DNA of 64,000 bases from Eledone cirrhosa (taxonomy: Eukaryota), in assembly GCA_964016885.1 (NCBI GenBank), contig CAXHJY010001750.1:1-64000 (forward strand). The letters run 5' to 3'. A model generated the notes under the pieces. It made no database searches. It was not told where the DNA came from and saw nothing but the letters and a program-made list of their open reading frames with translations. Below are positions 27,449 through 42,328 of the stretch, piece after piece. Position numbers and translations under genes: made by a program. How positions within the stretch are numbered: position 1 is the stretch's first letter; each line of letters starts with the position of its first letter.

Positions 27449-27598
27449 AAAAACCGGAAGCGGCAGCCATTAAAAAACTTTGGCTTAAAATCAGGCAAAC
27501 GTTTTTAAACAATAGAAAATTTAATGTAAACAAACCAGGGTGTTTTTGCCAAGAAAGATAACTCTTGTCTTACTTAATCGCAAAAATCGAGGCAAAAA
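27449..27598 (-). promoter_or_regulatory. Solo copy of the CCGGAAG / TGTAAACA / GATAACTC-N15-GCAAAAA module
   Basis: Colinear with the reverse complement of 13000-13135: aaaaaccggaag, aaaaacttt, ttttt(c)aaacaa.agaaaattt.atgtaaacaaa, tttttgcca.gaa.gataactc. Confidence 0.6.
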
Positions 27599-27603
27599 GT
27601 TTG

Positions 27604-28650
27604 CGATTGACAGCAGAGCCATGAGGACCATCTAAAACATCAGCCCACAGCCTTATTCTCGTTCAACACAGTAGCACCTGGTAGGCTCTACCCATGATGA
27701 TGCCGGTCTAGATGTACAAAATACTCGAATATAAGGTGAGCCTCCTCCCTATCTTATGTCTAAGAAGTGGGCAAAAATGCGAACCTTATTTACGTAGAAT
27801 TTGAAGTTGGCGAAAATGGTCATTGCTACAAAACTAGACTCCCTATATAAGTCAACCCCTTACTACATATTCCCTGGCTTCTATTCGTGTATATCCCGTT
27901 ATATATGTACAAAACACTAGCAGTTCCTTAATGGCTATATATCCCGTTATATTTATATAGAAAGAGAAACGGAAAGAAAACGAGATAACACTCAGAATAT
28001 GTCGCGTTATCTTGCTTTCTTTCCGTTTCTTTTTTTTTTTTTAAAAGAAGGAAAATGTTAGCTATAAGTATGCCTATTTGACTCTGTAGAATTGCGGCTT
28101 GTGCGTGGCGCTGCACGTAGCGTTTCTGGCTTCGCTGTTGTATTTCGGTATGGCATGACCATTCTGTTTGAAGTTCGAGTTGTTGTGGGGGTCGGCCGGG
28201 ACCGTCGCAGGCTGGCCTGCTCTCCCCTTCGCATGTGTTTTTGCCAAATAATTTGACGAGAGTTATCTCCCTTTGATTTGAGTTATTTGCCCTTTGTTGA
28301 GATTGAACTACTTCCGGTTTGTGGAACTCTCTTCTTTTGCTGTCATTTCTCTTCAGTGTCTTGAAGCTGTAATATCATTTTATTTACTCTGGGACTATTA
28401 ACGATATCTGTTTGGATTTTACGTTCGTGTAAAGAGGTATGTAAAGTTTTATTCACACTCACGGATATTATTGAGACACAAAAATACATTTCATTATCTT
28501 GGAAATATACATACATTCTTGTAATGTTTTAGTTGCCATGTCTTTTAAATTTATTCTAAACACTCTTCACAGAACTAAACCGAGAAACAAAACAAATAAT
28601 ATATACACGCAGCTACCTCTTCTAACTAAACACGTTACTTTCCTCTCTAT
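27604..28650 (+). repeat. Left arm of palindrome 1 (promoter / first-exon-like unit 1)
   Basis: Reverse complement of about 32880-33814 with substitutions and indels. Contains TTTTTGC-N15-GAGTTATC at 28238-28267, ACTTCCGG at 28310, a pyrimidine-rich start and donor AG|GTATGT at 28437. Confidence 0.88.
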
Positions 28651-29169
28651 ACTATACCATCGTAATTTCTACGTCGAGTTACCTCGGCATCACCACCTTT
28701 ACTCCAACTCAGCATTCTCTCTTGCACACATCATATCAACTATATATTTATATTATAATCGTATCTCTATTACACCTTCTCTGTATATACTTACTTAGAA
28801 GAAAGGTATATCTCCTCATTATACACAGTATCCGGAGCTATATAAGAAACTGTAGTATATAGAATACAGACCCTCTCTCTCTATACATAAACACACTTAC
28901 TTCGAAGTATCGTATATATGCAGCATCTACATACACACAAGGCAAAGTTAAAACCCTCTCTCTACTACTTTTCCCGAGGATACTTACATAAAACTCTGGA
29001 TATTTTATCAAGGCATCTATTTTTTGTATGTAGAAGACATTATATTCACTATCCTTCTCAATAGAGGAAAAAAACTCCCCATACATACAGTTTTTTTTAT
29101 AGAATACACTGCCTTGTTATATAAATATTGTACACATGTGTGTATATAATACACTTCTATATATTGTGT

Positions 29170-29438
29170 GTACACATAATACGTATGTATATATATATAT
29201 ATACGTATGTATATATATATATACGTATGTATATATATATATACGTATGTATATATATATATACGTATGTATGTATACATATACGTATGTATGTATACAT
29301 AAGTATGTATGTATATATACTTACGTATGTATATATATACATATATACATACGTATATATATATACATACGTATATATATATACATACGTATATATACAT
29401 ACGTATATATATATACATACGTATGTATATATACATAC

Positions 29439-29469
<31 letters not shown>

Positions 29470-29573
29470 CATATATACATATATACATATATACATACAT
29501 ATATATATATATACATACATATATATATATACATATATATATATACATACATATATATATATACATACATATA

Positions 29574-29605
<32 letters not shown>

Positions 29606-29616
29606 CATATATATAC

Positions 29617-29650
<34 letters not shown>

Positions 29651-29745
29651 ACATACATATATATATATACATACATATATATATATACATACATACATAT
29701 ATATATATACATACATATATATATATACATATATATACATACATA

Positions 29746-29793
<48 letters not shown>

Positions 29794-29938
29794 CATACAT
29801 ACATACATATATATACATACATACATATATATACATACATACATATATATACATACATACATATATATACATACATACATATATATACATACATACATAT
29901 ACATACATACATACATATACATACATACATATATATAC

Positions 29939-29972
<34 letters not shown>

Positions 29973-30247
29973 ACATACATATATATATATACATACATAT
30001 ATATATATACATACATATATATATACATACATATATATATACATACATATATATATATACATACATATATATATATACATATATATATATACATACATAT
30101 ATATATATACATACATACATATATATACATACATACATATATATACATACATACATATATATACATACATACATATATATATATACATACATATATATAT
30201 ATACATACATATATATATATACATACATATATATATATACATACATA

Positions 30248-30279
<32 letters not shown>

Positions 30280-31402
30280 CATACGTATATATACATATAC
30301 ATATGTATGTATGTATGTATATACGTATGTATGTATATACATATGTATATATGTATATATATACATATGTATGTATATACATACATATGTATGTATATAC
30401 ATACATATGTATGTATATACATACATATGTATGTATATACATACATATGTATGTATATACATATGTATGTATATATGTATGTATATACATACATACATAT
30501 GTATGTATATATATATGTATGTATATACATACATACATATGTATGTATATATATATGTATGTATATACATACATACATATGTATGTATATATATATGTAT
30601 GTATATACATACATACATATGTATGTATATATATATGTATGTATATACATACATACATATGTATGTATATATATATGTATGTATATATATATGTATGTAT
30701 ATACATACATACATATGTATGTATATATATATGTATGTATATACATACATACATATGTATGTATATATATATGTATGTATATACATACATACATATGTAT
30801 GTATATATATATGTATGTATATACATACATACATATGTATGTATATATATATGTATGTATATACATACATACATATGTATGTATATATATATGTATGTAT
30901 ATACATACATACATATGTATGTATATATATATGTATGTATATACATACATACATATGTATGTATATATATATGTATGTATATACATACATACATATGTAT
31001 GTATATATGTATGTATATACATACATACATATGTATGTATATATATATGTATGTATATACATACATACATATGTATGTATATATATATGTATGTATATAC
31101 ATACATACATATGTATGTATATATATATGTATGTATATGCATACATACATATGTATGTATATATGTATGTATATACATACATATATATGTATGTATATAC
31201 ATACATACATATGTATGTATATATGTATATATGTATGTATATATGTATATATGTATGTATATACATATGTATGTATATATGTATGTATATATGTATGTAT
31301 ATATGTATGTATATACATATGTATGTATATATGTATGTATGTATATATGTATATATGTATGTATATACATATGTATATACATATGAATATATATATACAT
31401 AC
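29170..31402. repeat. (TA)n/(CATA)n/(TATG)n microsatellite at the centre of palindrome 1
   Basis: CATA-rich up to about 30290, then TATG-rich with self-complementary ~40-bp units. The Y/I/H/M/C ORFs are artefacts. Confidence 0.96.
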
Positions 31403-32260
31403 ATCTTTAATTCCTTAGCTATATTTATATAATACAGTAGTCTAGAGATATAAGGGTATTAATATGTATGTAGGTTGTTGTCTTTATATGTGTAGTGGAA
31501 CTTCTAAATTTACAATGAAGATATGCTTTATATACACAAAAGTGTTTATATGGTGAGTCTGTCTGTCTAGAGGAGAACAGGGTCTTGATGTATCCTTTAA
31601 AGAAAAGGGTATCTGCGTACATATGGTTCTACATACTGTACTCTATTGAACACAACTTCAATATATAATGGAGGTACTTCTTCCAATATAGAGAAGAAGG
31701 TATATTATAGACATGAAGTAAGCTTTGTGTGTATGTAAAGAACACTAAATTTCTTTGTATTTATACAGTTAGCTCTCTTGCTTCTTAGGAAGCATGTACA
31801 CGTTCTACTGTGAGATCCTTATACGCAACTAGAAGAACAATAGTAGTAGTTTCCTAAGAGACGTATGTGTAGTATCTAGCGAGAATGTATTGATATGTAT
31901 GTCCAGATCAAAACCTCTTATCTTATATATGTATGATGTTCACTTCCAGGTTTCTACATACACGTGTATAATATAAAGAGACACACACAATGTGGGTTTA
32001 GATATATTCTATAGAATACAGTTTCTTATATACAGACATGTCTACATTGATGTTATTTACCTGTATATAGAGATGGCTTGTTTCTAATAGGTGTGTATCT
32101 AGGAAATAATTTATATAATATGAATCTAGTATACAGTGACAGAAGGTTTTTGTCTTCCTACAGTGTAAGACGTGTCTAGTGTGTGTATATATACAGGGAG
32201 TAAATAATAAGGCAACAAAGAAAAATACTGGTTTATTCTTTTATTTCACAATTTATTTAC

Positions 32261-32309
32261 CTTTCTTCTTGAGATAGGGTTGTAGTAGTCTCCAGGTCTG
32301 GTGCTGTTC
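32261..32309 (-). other. Candidate 49-nt internal exon of unit 2
   Basis: The minus strand reads actaaac tattttatattcccaag|GAACAGCACC...CAAGAAGAAAG|gtaaat: branch-like word, pyrimidine tract, AG acceptor and GT donor. Confidence 0.45.
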
Positions 32310-32879
32310 CTTGGGAATATAAAATAGTTTAGTTGTGTATATATAAAGGTTTAGTTTTGTATCTAGTGAAGAACGTTTATATATGGATGATGTAGCTATC
32401 AAGCAGGTGAGGATGCTAGAAGTAGTAAGGAGTCTTGCGGCAGAGTAATGGAGCTACCATGCTTCGTTAGATATAACTGTATGGTTTAGCTTCTATATTC
32501 ATATGTCTAGAGAAGGTTTAGTTTCATGTCTATTATTCCAGTATGAACAAGTTTGTATATTGCGCCTCATAAGTATCTGTTATGATAGAAGGGAGACCGT
32601 TTATATATGAATATAGCTTCATGTGTACGTATGTCTGCAGGATTCTTCCTCTACATGGTTTAGAATAAATTTACGGCTAATACATAAATATGCTTGAAGT
32701 GTTTGTGTATTTACGTGAAAAAGTGTATTCAGGTATAAGGTACAGAAGATAAAATGTGTATAGAGAAGAAGCTTGGTTATATTTCCTTACAAGTATGTAT
32801 ATAGTATCGAGAGAAGATTTAGTTGTAACATGTTAGAAGAGGTGTGTATATATACAGATCATGGTTAGTTTTGTTTCAT

Positions 32880-33814
32880 AATAGAGGAGGGTAACATGTA
32901 TGTTTAGTTAGAAGAGGTAGCTGCGTGTATATATTTAGTTTTGTTTCTTTAAAAGACATGGCAACTTACTTTTGTGTCTGAATAATGTGTGTGTATATAC
33001 GGCAAATAATACCTCTTTACACGAACGTAAAATCCAAACCGGTATCGTTAAGAATGATGTTACAGCTCCAAGAAATGACAACAAAGGAAGAAGAGTTCCA
33101 CAAACCGGAAGTAGTTCAATCTCAACAAAGGGCAAATAACTCAAATCAAGGGGAGATAACTCTCGTCAAATTGTTTGGCAAAAACTCATGCGAAGGGGAG
33201 AGCAGGCCAGCATAAAGCCAGCCTGCGACGGTCCCGGCCGACTCGAACTTCAAACACATAGAATGGTCATGCTATACCGAAATACGACAGCGAAGCCAGA
33301 AACGCTACGTGCAACGCCACGCACAAGCCGCAATTCTACAGAGTCAAATAGGCATACTTATAGCTAACATTTTCCTTCTTTTTTAAAAAAAAAAAGAAAT
33401 GGAAAGAAAGCAAGATAACACGACATATTCCGAGTGTTATCTCGTTTTCTTTCCGTTTCTCTTTCTATATAAGTATAACGGGATATATAGCCATTAAGGA
33501 ACTGCTAGTGTTTTGTACATATATAACGGGATATACACGAATAGAAGCCAGGGAATATGTAGTAAGAGGTTGACTTATATAGGGAGTCAATAGTTTGACC
33601 ATTTTCGCCAACTTCAAATTCTACGTAAATAAGGTTCGCATTTTTGCCCACTTCTCAGACATAAAATAGGGAGGAGGGTCACCTTATATTCGAGTATTTT
33701 GTACATCTATTCTTGTTAGACTAGACCGGCATCATCATGGGTAGAGCTGACCAGGTGCTACTGCGTTGAACGAGACTAAGGCTGTGATGGTCCTCAGAGC
33801 ACTGCTGTCAATCG
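32880..33814 (-). repeat. Right arm of palindrome 1 (unit 2)
   Basis: Inverted copy of 27604-28650. CCGGAAGT at 33105, GATAACTC-N15-GCAAAAA at 33155-33184, donor AG|GTATTA at 33012. Confidence 0.88.
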
Positions 33815-34709
33815 TCTTTGAGGGGCCACGTTTCTGCTCCATAGAGGAGAAGACTGATGAATCTTTTCAGAACAATTAATATGTAGGTAACATAGCCTTA
33901 GAGAGATCTGTATTTGTAATAGTTAGTATCGATTTGGGTAATCTTAAGACCATGATTCCAATCATCAATATACGTATTGATTAAACCTAAATATAGTATA
34001 TAACGAAGTGGATTTTAAAATATGCAATGATAGTGTCGAGAGAAGGCTTAGTTAGTTACTTCTAACAATGTACCACTATGAATAAGACAGAAGGCGGTGT
34101 ATGTAGATAGAATGTTTAGTTTTCCTGAGTATGAAGGGGTTTTAGTTATTATTCTTAGTAAAAAGACGGTTATATTATACATATGTCTCTAACATTCCTC
34201 CTGTATATGAAGGGTAGTGAAATATATTCTTGTGTCTCAGGAATAACTACGTGTTTATCGATGAATTTAAGGGACAACTAAAACATTACATACCTCTTTA
34301 GAAGAATGAAGGTGTATATATAAATGTAGCTTTATATGTGTATATTGATCTAGATAGGAAAGGTTTCTTCCGGTGTATCGATTATAGAGGTGAATGCATA
34401 CACTAAAGAATGTTAATATATATCTAAGACTGTATTTTCGAGTGTTTAGCAATGAATTAAAATATACATGGCAAATAAAGCGTTCGTATAGGTAAATTAG
34501 AGGGTATTTTACCTCAGCTAAAGAACATTTATATATATATAAATCTAGTTTTGTGTGTGTATTTAGGTTTAAATAAAACAATATGTACGTCTCTAGAATC
34601 TTTCTGTATATAGAATAATTGTTTCTACTTTTGGCACAAGGCCAGCAATTATCCAGTGCATTACTGGTACTTTATTTTATCGACCCCATAAGGATGAAAG
34701 GCATATAGA

Positions 34710-35545
34710 ATAATGTATGTCTGTGCGTTTATATACGGCAAATAAAAGATTACATACCTCTCACCATTAGTATAATATCCAGACTGATTCTATCAAATTA
34801 CACGAGTAAATCCAAACGATGTTAACAGTTTAATTCAATAAAGAAGAATGACAACAAACGAGAATAGTTCCAATCAGGGGCAAGTAATTCAAACGATAAC
34901 TCTCGGCGAATTTTTTAGTAAAACTCAATGCGAGGCGGGGACGCAGGCCAGCATAAAGCCGAGCTGCCGCCGCAACGATTCGATCTTCAGACACATAGAA
35001 TGGTCATGCCATACCGAAGTGCGACAGCGAAGCCCGAAACGTTAAGTGCAGCGCCATGCACAGAGCGCAACTCTACTGAGTAAATTAGTCATACTTATAG
35101 TTAGAATTTTATTTATTAAAAAAATATATATATCGAAACGGAATGAAGACGAGATAACTGAGGGCGTGGAGAAATATCTCTTTCTGAATATATTTCGTAT
35201 GGTGAGAGTTGAGATCTCTACCGAATAATTATCAATATTATACTTCGTCTCCGAAATATTTTCAGAAATAAATTACTTTTTCACGACTGTGTTACCTTAC
35301 TTTCATCCCGTTTCTATATGTAACAAATTTAAACTACTAGTATTTAATACATATATATATACAGAACAATAAGTATATTTACTTCAAGATAGTAATGTTT
35401 ATGTTAATACAGAAAATAAAAAATGCAAACCATCGATCTTAGTAATTAGTATCAATCACTAATTATCTATTTTGGTAATAAGCATCTTAAGACCATGATT
35501 TCCTTCATCGATATGTGATGAGACCAACATTTAGTATAATATATA
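34710..35545 (-). repeat. Third, more diverged tandem copy (unit 3) of the promoter / first-exon unit
   Basis: Shares gcaggccagcataaagcc, acacatagaatggtcatgc.ataccgaa and catacttatag with unit 2. GATAACTC-N15-GTAAAA at 34895 and donor AG|GTATGT at 34757. The word cttaagaccatgatt occurs near 33943 and 35486. Confidence 0.8.
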
Positions 35546-36745
35546 AAGACTGTTCTCAGCTTATGACCAGTTTGCTTGGTGTTAAGTGTCTGAGAGTACA
35601 AGACTCTCCCTGGATAGTACGCTGGTCTACCACAGGACTAACTCTTCGGCTGTGAGTACTGGAGCAATGTGATGAATGCAGAACTTCCAAACTGTGAGAG
35701 TTATATGTATGCATGGACCTGCAACTCCTAAGGAAGTCATACAGGCCACACATTGACATACAGTATTTCTAGGGCACTTTTTAAAACCTGGCAGACCCAT
35801 CTCCTCTCCAGGTCTGAATACAGCAGATTTCTTCCAGAGAAACAGAAGAATCAACCTCAATACTAGACTGGTACTTTGTTTTATCAACTTCAAATGGATG
35901 AAAGGCAAAGTTGACCTCAGCAGGATTTTAATTCAGAGAACTGAAGGCATTCTGTTACATTCATATATACATACTTACTTTGTCTAATAAACAAAACATC
36001 TCTCTACACACAACATATAAAGCTACATTTATATATACCTCTTCTAAGAAATTAAACCTACTCTAGACTTACACATAGATACAGTTATATATAAATACTT
36101 ACCTTGTCAAATAAACACAACTAAATCTTCTCTAGTCAGACACACAAAGCTACATTTATATAAACATTCTTCTCTACAAAAGAGGATCAGCTGAAAAGCT
36201 CATAGGCTGGCTTTGAAGAAGTGATGCTAGAACTGCGATATATTGTGGTTAGGTTCATTATCATAGGACTTGGTGGAGCAATCAAAATTGACTGCCAACT
36301 CATGTACAACTTTATGATGTTCTTGATTCATCGGTGAAAAAGAATGACTCTGATAGTTCTGTTTCATGTGAGGAAGACAAAAGGAAACCTTCAGAGTGTG
36401 CATTGAGCAATATGGGATATTTCTAGAATGTAACTAATGCCAATTTGAATCATACTTGGACATCATCATACATAGTATATATATATATAGTGTGTTTAGT
36501 ATAGTGTAGTTGTAGCTAACTAGGTATTTGGTTTTATGAAATGAAAGGGACAAAAAAACAAACTATATATATACACTGATACTTCAATGTGTTATAAGCA
36601 ATCCAATACCACTGTTGGATACATAGAGTGCTTAATACTGCTTACACCAAAGTTTATGGATTAAGGTGGTGCAAACACAACACTTAAATAAAGGAAACAA
36701 TATATGGCCATAGTACAGAAAATTCTTATAATATATATATATACA

Positions 36746-36870
36746 TCTCGGGCTGGATTCTGTTGAGGGTCTTTGCCACAAGTGACATCAATGAGATTCC
36801 CCTGTAGTTGTTCATGTTAGAAAGATCTCCCTTCTTTGGTACTGAGATGATGTTAGTGATCAAGGGCAAC
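36746..36870 (-). mobile_element. RTE/RTE-X LINE reverse transcriptase fragment
   Basis: ISVPKKGDLSNMNNYRGISLMSLVAKTLNRI is an RT domain 1 motif. Adjacent 36900-37170 is probably more of the same element. Confidence 0.75.
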
Positions 36871-37584
36871 TTTCTCCAGTGCCTGGTTACAGAACTCCAG
36901 GATGATATCATCAAAATAACACCTCTTCATCACTTTTGATGCCTCTCCATGGGTCTTGATCTTCTTGGTTCGCTGAAGCCCCTCTCTGGCGAAGGTCCTG
37001 TCTCAATATCCAGTTCCTCAAACAGATGTCTGATCTCCCTGGTATTCTGGGCTGTCGAAGGTGGCTCTCCTAGTAGGGTCTTAAAATGGTCCAGCCTCTT
37101 CTTATCCCCAGATCTAACTCAAACTCCCTCTCTTCCTTCCTGTAATCTCGTTGATCATCATCCAGCTCTCTTTACACTTACATATATATATATATACACT
37201 GACCTCCTACAAGGTTACATCTCAAAGGAGGTTTACACCAGTTCTTTTATCCCGAAACTTTTTCAGGAACTGTGGACAAGGAGTTTCTTATGATTGTAGG
37301 TTTTTTGAAAGGGGAAAAATAAAAGAAGGTGATTGTCGTGTGAAGGAGGAAAATTGGTAGAGCAATGGACTCCACGGACACTAGTAAGGGTAACTTAGAA
37401 CAGGATGGAAAGGTATCCATGGTGAGTGAAAAATCTAACCATTGTTTCAGCTACAGCAGCAGAGGAATTAAGTTATGGTGGGTTTGAAGAAAACAGAGTT
37501 GGATGTCTTCAATGTAGTGACTATATAGACCAGAGGCTTTCAACATAACTGATGAGTGTTTCAGTGGAGACAAGCAACCTCTGA

Positions 37585-37960
37585 GGAGCAGGGACTATAG
37601 TAGTAGAGATAGAATAGGCAGAGGGAACGGCATATTTAGGGGCTGGGGAGAAGCAGAGACCACTGTAGTAGAGGTAGAGAGGGAACAGCATATTTAGGGT
37701 TGGGGAGGAGCAGAGACCACTGTAGTAGAGGTAGAGAGGGAACAGCATATTTAGGGTTGGGGAGGAGCAGAGACCATTGTAGTAGAGGTAGAGAGGGAAC
37801 AGCATATTTAGGGTTGGGGAGGAGCAGAGACTATTGTAGTAGAGGTAGAGAGGGAACACCATATTTAGGGGCTGGGGAGGAGCAGAGACCATTGTAGTAG
37901 AGGTAGAGAGGGAACAGCATATTTAGGAGCTGGGGAGCAGCAGAGACCATTGTAGTAAAG
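37585..37960. repeat. 57-bp G-rich minisatellite, about 6.5 copies
   Basis: Unit gggaacagcatatttagggttggggaggagcagagaccactgtagtagaggtagaga at 37681, 37738, 37795 and onward. Confidence 0.93.
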
Positions 37961-38146
37961 GTATAATGTGCAGAAGGTGGAGAGATAATAATTCTGGACC
38001 AGAGCCAAATACCACGATGCCAAATGTTGTCCATTTTCAAGAGGTCATTACTAATTACATTTGAAGTCCTCTTTCAACAGTCAGATGTCAGTTTACTTTG
38101 AAAGAAACAATGCAGTTATTAATAAGAAGGCTTGAAATTAATTCAT

Positions 38147-39479
38147 TCAAGATTTCCCAGCTCTAGCATCAGTCCTTCATATTCAGCCAACCTTCGTACT
38201 TCTGTTGGGTCAAGCCCGACGGGGGCTGACGTCTTAAACAAGCCCCAACAAATAAGAAAGATTTAGAAGAGAATATACTAATTACTAGATATTCACACAA
38301 AAGTGACATTAGAATTATTGCTGGAAATAGCAGCCAAATATTTATCGCTCGTCACGTTTTAAAATAATGAAGGACACATTAGAAGATGTAGTTTTAGATA
38401 GTCATATATACACATATTGGTCAACGCTGGAATCTCATTGATTCTATATACATAAGTCGGTTCTCAGAGGACCTATTCAGGTTATGGGAACTGTTTGTCT
38501 ACCGTGTAAAAATTTGGCGTATATATATATAATTTCGAGTATATATATATATATATACTTATATATGTCTCTATGCATTTTGGGGTTTAAATGGTGAAAA
38601 TTTCATAAGGTAGCTGTTGTTTACTTTCATTGACAAGTCAGATCTGAGCGATCAAGACATATATTTAAATATACATAATCAAAAGTAAAAACATTGTTAA
38701 TATCTTCCTACACAGATAAAATATAAAAGATTGTATTTACATGTGTCACAGCTAATTCACTTCCGTAATTCTTAGGAAACCTGGCTGCTATTTCTATCAA
38801 GTGGAGCGTAGACGTAGAGACGTGCTGCTGTTGTTTACTTTTATTCACAGGTCTTGAACGAGCAAGACAAGATGACCCGACATGTGTGTAATCGATGGGA
38901 TTCCTGCCGTGACCATCCTGTGTTTATATGATTATCAAGGTACGCACATCTACATCGTTGAATACACATTTCATTGTTTTAAAAGGGGTTGTAGAAGACA
39001 GAACATCTGAGGGTGAGAGGCCGGAGATCGTCAGTGAGTGGCTTTAAATTAATTAGCCATGATTCTATGAAATAAAGAAGCGAAATCACTTTGAAGAAAA
39101 ATAGGAGAACAATAGTAATTATTATGAGGCCGGTGTAGAGATTACATATTGCCCTTTGTTTACATTAACCCCTCCCGACATCATGGTAATTAGATATTCA
39201 GATTAGAGGGAGGTGTGGGATGGAATTAATTCCTTTATTTATTTATTTATATCAAACAACAAACACGGTGGCAAGGAGTAAATTAAAAAAAACTCGCCTT
39301 TTTATTTTTAAAAAAAAATCAACCCTAACCTCTCCCATGATGCAACAGTGCGGGTAAATAAGTTGACGCTTTAGCGACATCAGTTCCTTAAATTTCACCA
39401 GGCGAAATCTCAAGAACGATAACTCTGTCTTTACTTATTCGCAAAAATGAGTGCAAAAATTATTTCTAAACAACACTTG
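38147..39479 (-). repeat. Left arm of palindrome 2 (1,333 bp)
   Basis: Reverse complement of 47897-49229, with only a handful of differences seen by eye. GATAACTC-N15-GCAAAAA at 39418-39447. Confidence 0.95.
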
Positions 39480-39602
39480 GTATATACCTATATATACAGG
39501 TATATATAGGTATATACCTATATATATGTATAGGTATATATATATATACCTATATGTATATATATATATACCTATATATATATATGTATATATATATATA
39601 CC

Positions 39603-39637
<35 letters not shown>

Positions 39638-39640
39638 GCC

Positions 39641-39680
<40 letters not shown>

Positions 39681-39682
39681 CC

Positions 39683-39715
<33 letters not shown>

Positions 39716-39760
39716 GTATATATATACCTATATCTATATATATATATATACCTATATAAA

Positions 39761-39793
<33 letters not shown>

Positions 39794-40322
39794 CCTATAT
39801 ATATATGTATATATATATATATACCTATATATATATATATACCTATATATATATATATATACCTATATATATATATATACCTATATAAAATATATATATA
39901 TATACCTATATATATATATATATATATACCTATATATATATATATATACCTATATATATATATATATACCTATATATATATATATATACCTATATATATA
40001 TATATATACCTATATATATATATATATATATACCTATATATATATATATATATACCTATATATATATATATATACCTATATATATATACCTATATATATA
40101 TACCTATATATATATACCTATATATATATACCTATATATATATACCTATATATATATATACCTATATATATATATACCTATATATATATATATATACCTA
40201 TATATATATATATATATATACCTATATATATATATATATACCTATATATATATATATATATATACCTATATATATATATATATATATACCTATATATATA
40301 TATATATACCTATAGCATGCAC

Positions 40323-40353
<31 letters not shown>

Positions 40354-40400
40354 AAATATATATATACCTATATATATATATATATACCTATAGCATGCAC

Positions 40401-40440
<40 letters not shown>

Positions 40441-40472
40441 TATATACCTATATATATACCTATAGCATGCAC

Positions 40473-40503
<31 letters not shown>

Positions 40504-40548
40504 AAATATATATATACCTATATATATATCTATAGCATGCACATATAT

Positions 40549-40586
<38 letters not shown>

Positions 40587-40610
40587 GCACACAGGTACAC
40601 ATACATATAT
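39480..40610. repeat. (TA)nCC microsatellite (tacctata polarity)
   Basis: Units of TA runs punctuated by CC. Confidence 0.96.
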
Positions 40611-40876
40611 GCACGCATCAGTTTAGCCGACGTTTATTATAACGCAGCTTTGTTCGTTTGTTTGTCAACAAACAGAACAGAACAGCCTGAATTTATGCCA
40701 TACGGTGTTAAGGCATATGTGTATAATATGTATATGTATATATATATATATATGTATATATGTGCATGCTACTGTACGTCTGTATACATATATGTATGTA
40801 CGTATACATACATACTTACATTTAAGTAAGTGCCATACTAAGAGTGAGAAATGAAATTTCGTTTTCATTTTTTTCA

Positions 40877-42082
<1,206 letters not shown>

Positions 42083-42166
42083 TGATGGCTGCCCCCTCGT
42101 TATCGAGTATGGCCATTGCACAATAAAAAAAAAAAAAATAAATAAAAAATAAAAAAAAATAAAAAA

Positions 42167-42209
<43 letters not shown>

Positions 42210-42328
42210 GCAATAATAATAATAACGACAACAACAATAATAATATACATATTCATATATATATACACACACACGCACGCACATAAGCATATCCACACAC
42301 ACACACACACACAAACACACGATAGCAA

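Noticed and set aside
27557-27598. RAG/Transib RSS-like signal (GCAAAAA resembles the nonamer)
   Set aside because: No CAC heptamer, and the spacing is 15 rather than 12 or 23.
29017-31432. 700-800-aa Y/I/H/M/C ORFs (likewise 39451-42410, 46939-47418, 49110-49820)
   Set aside because: Translations of TA/TACA microsatellite.
32985-33215. 76-aa ORF and related ORFs at 34848-35228 and 27928-28116
   Set aside because: Non-ATG starts or frames not preserved among the three paralogous units; antisense to the inferred promoter and exon.
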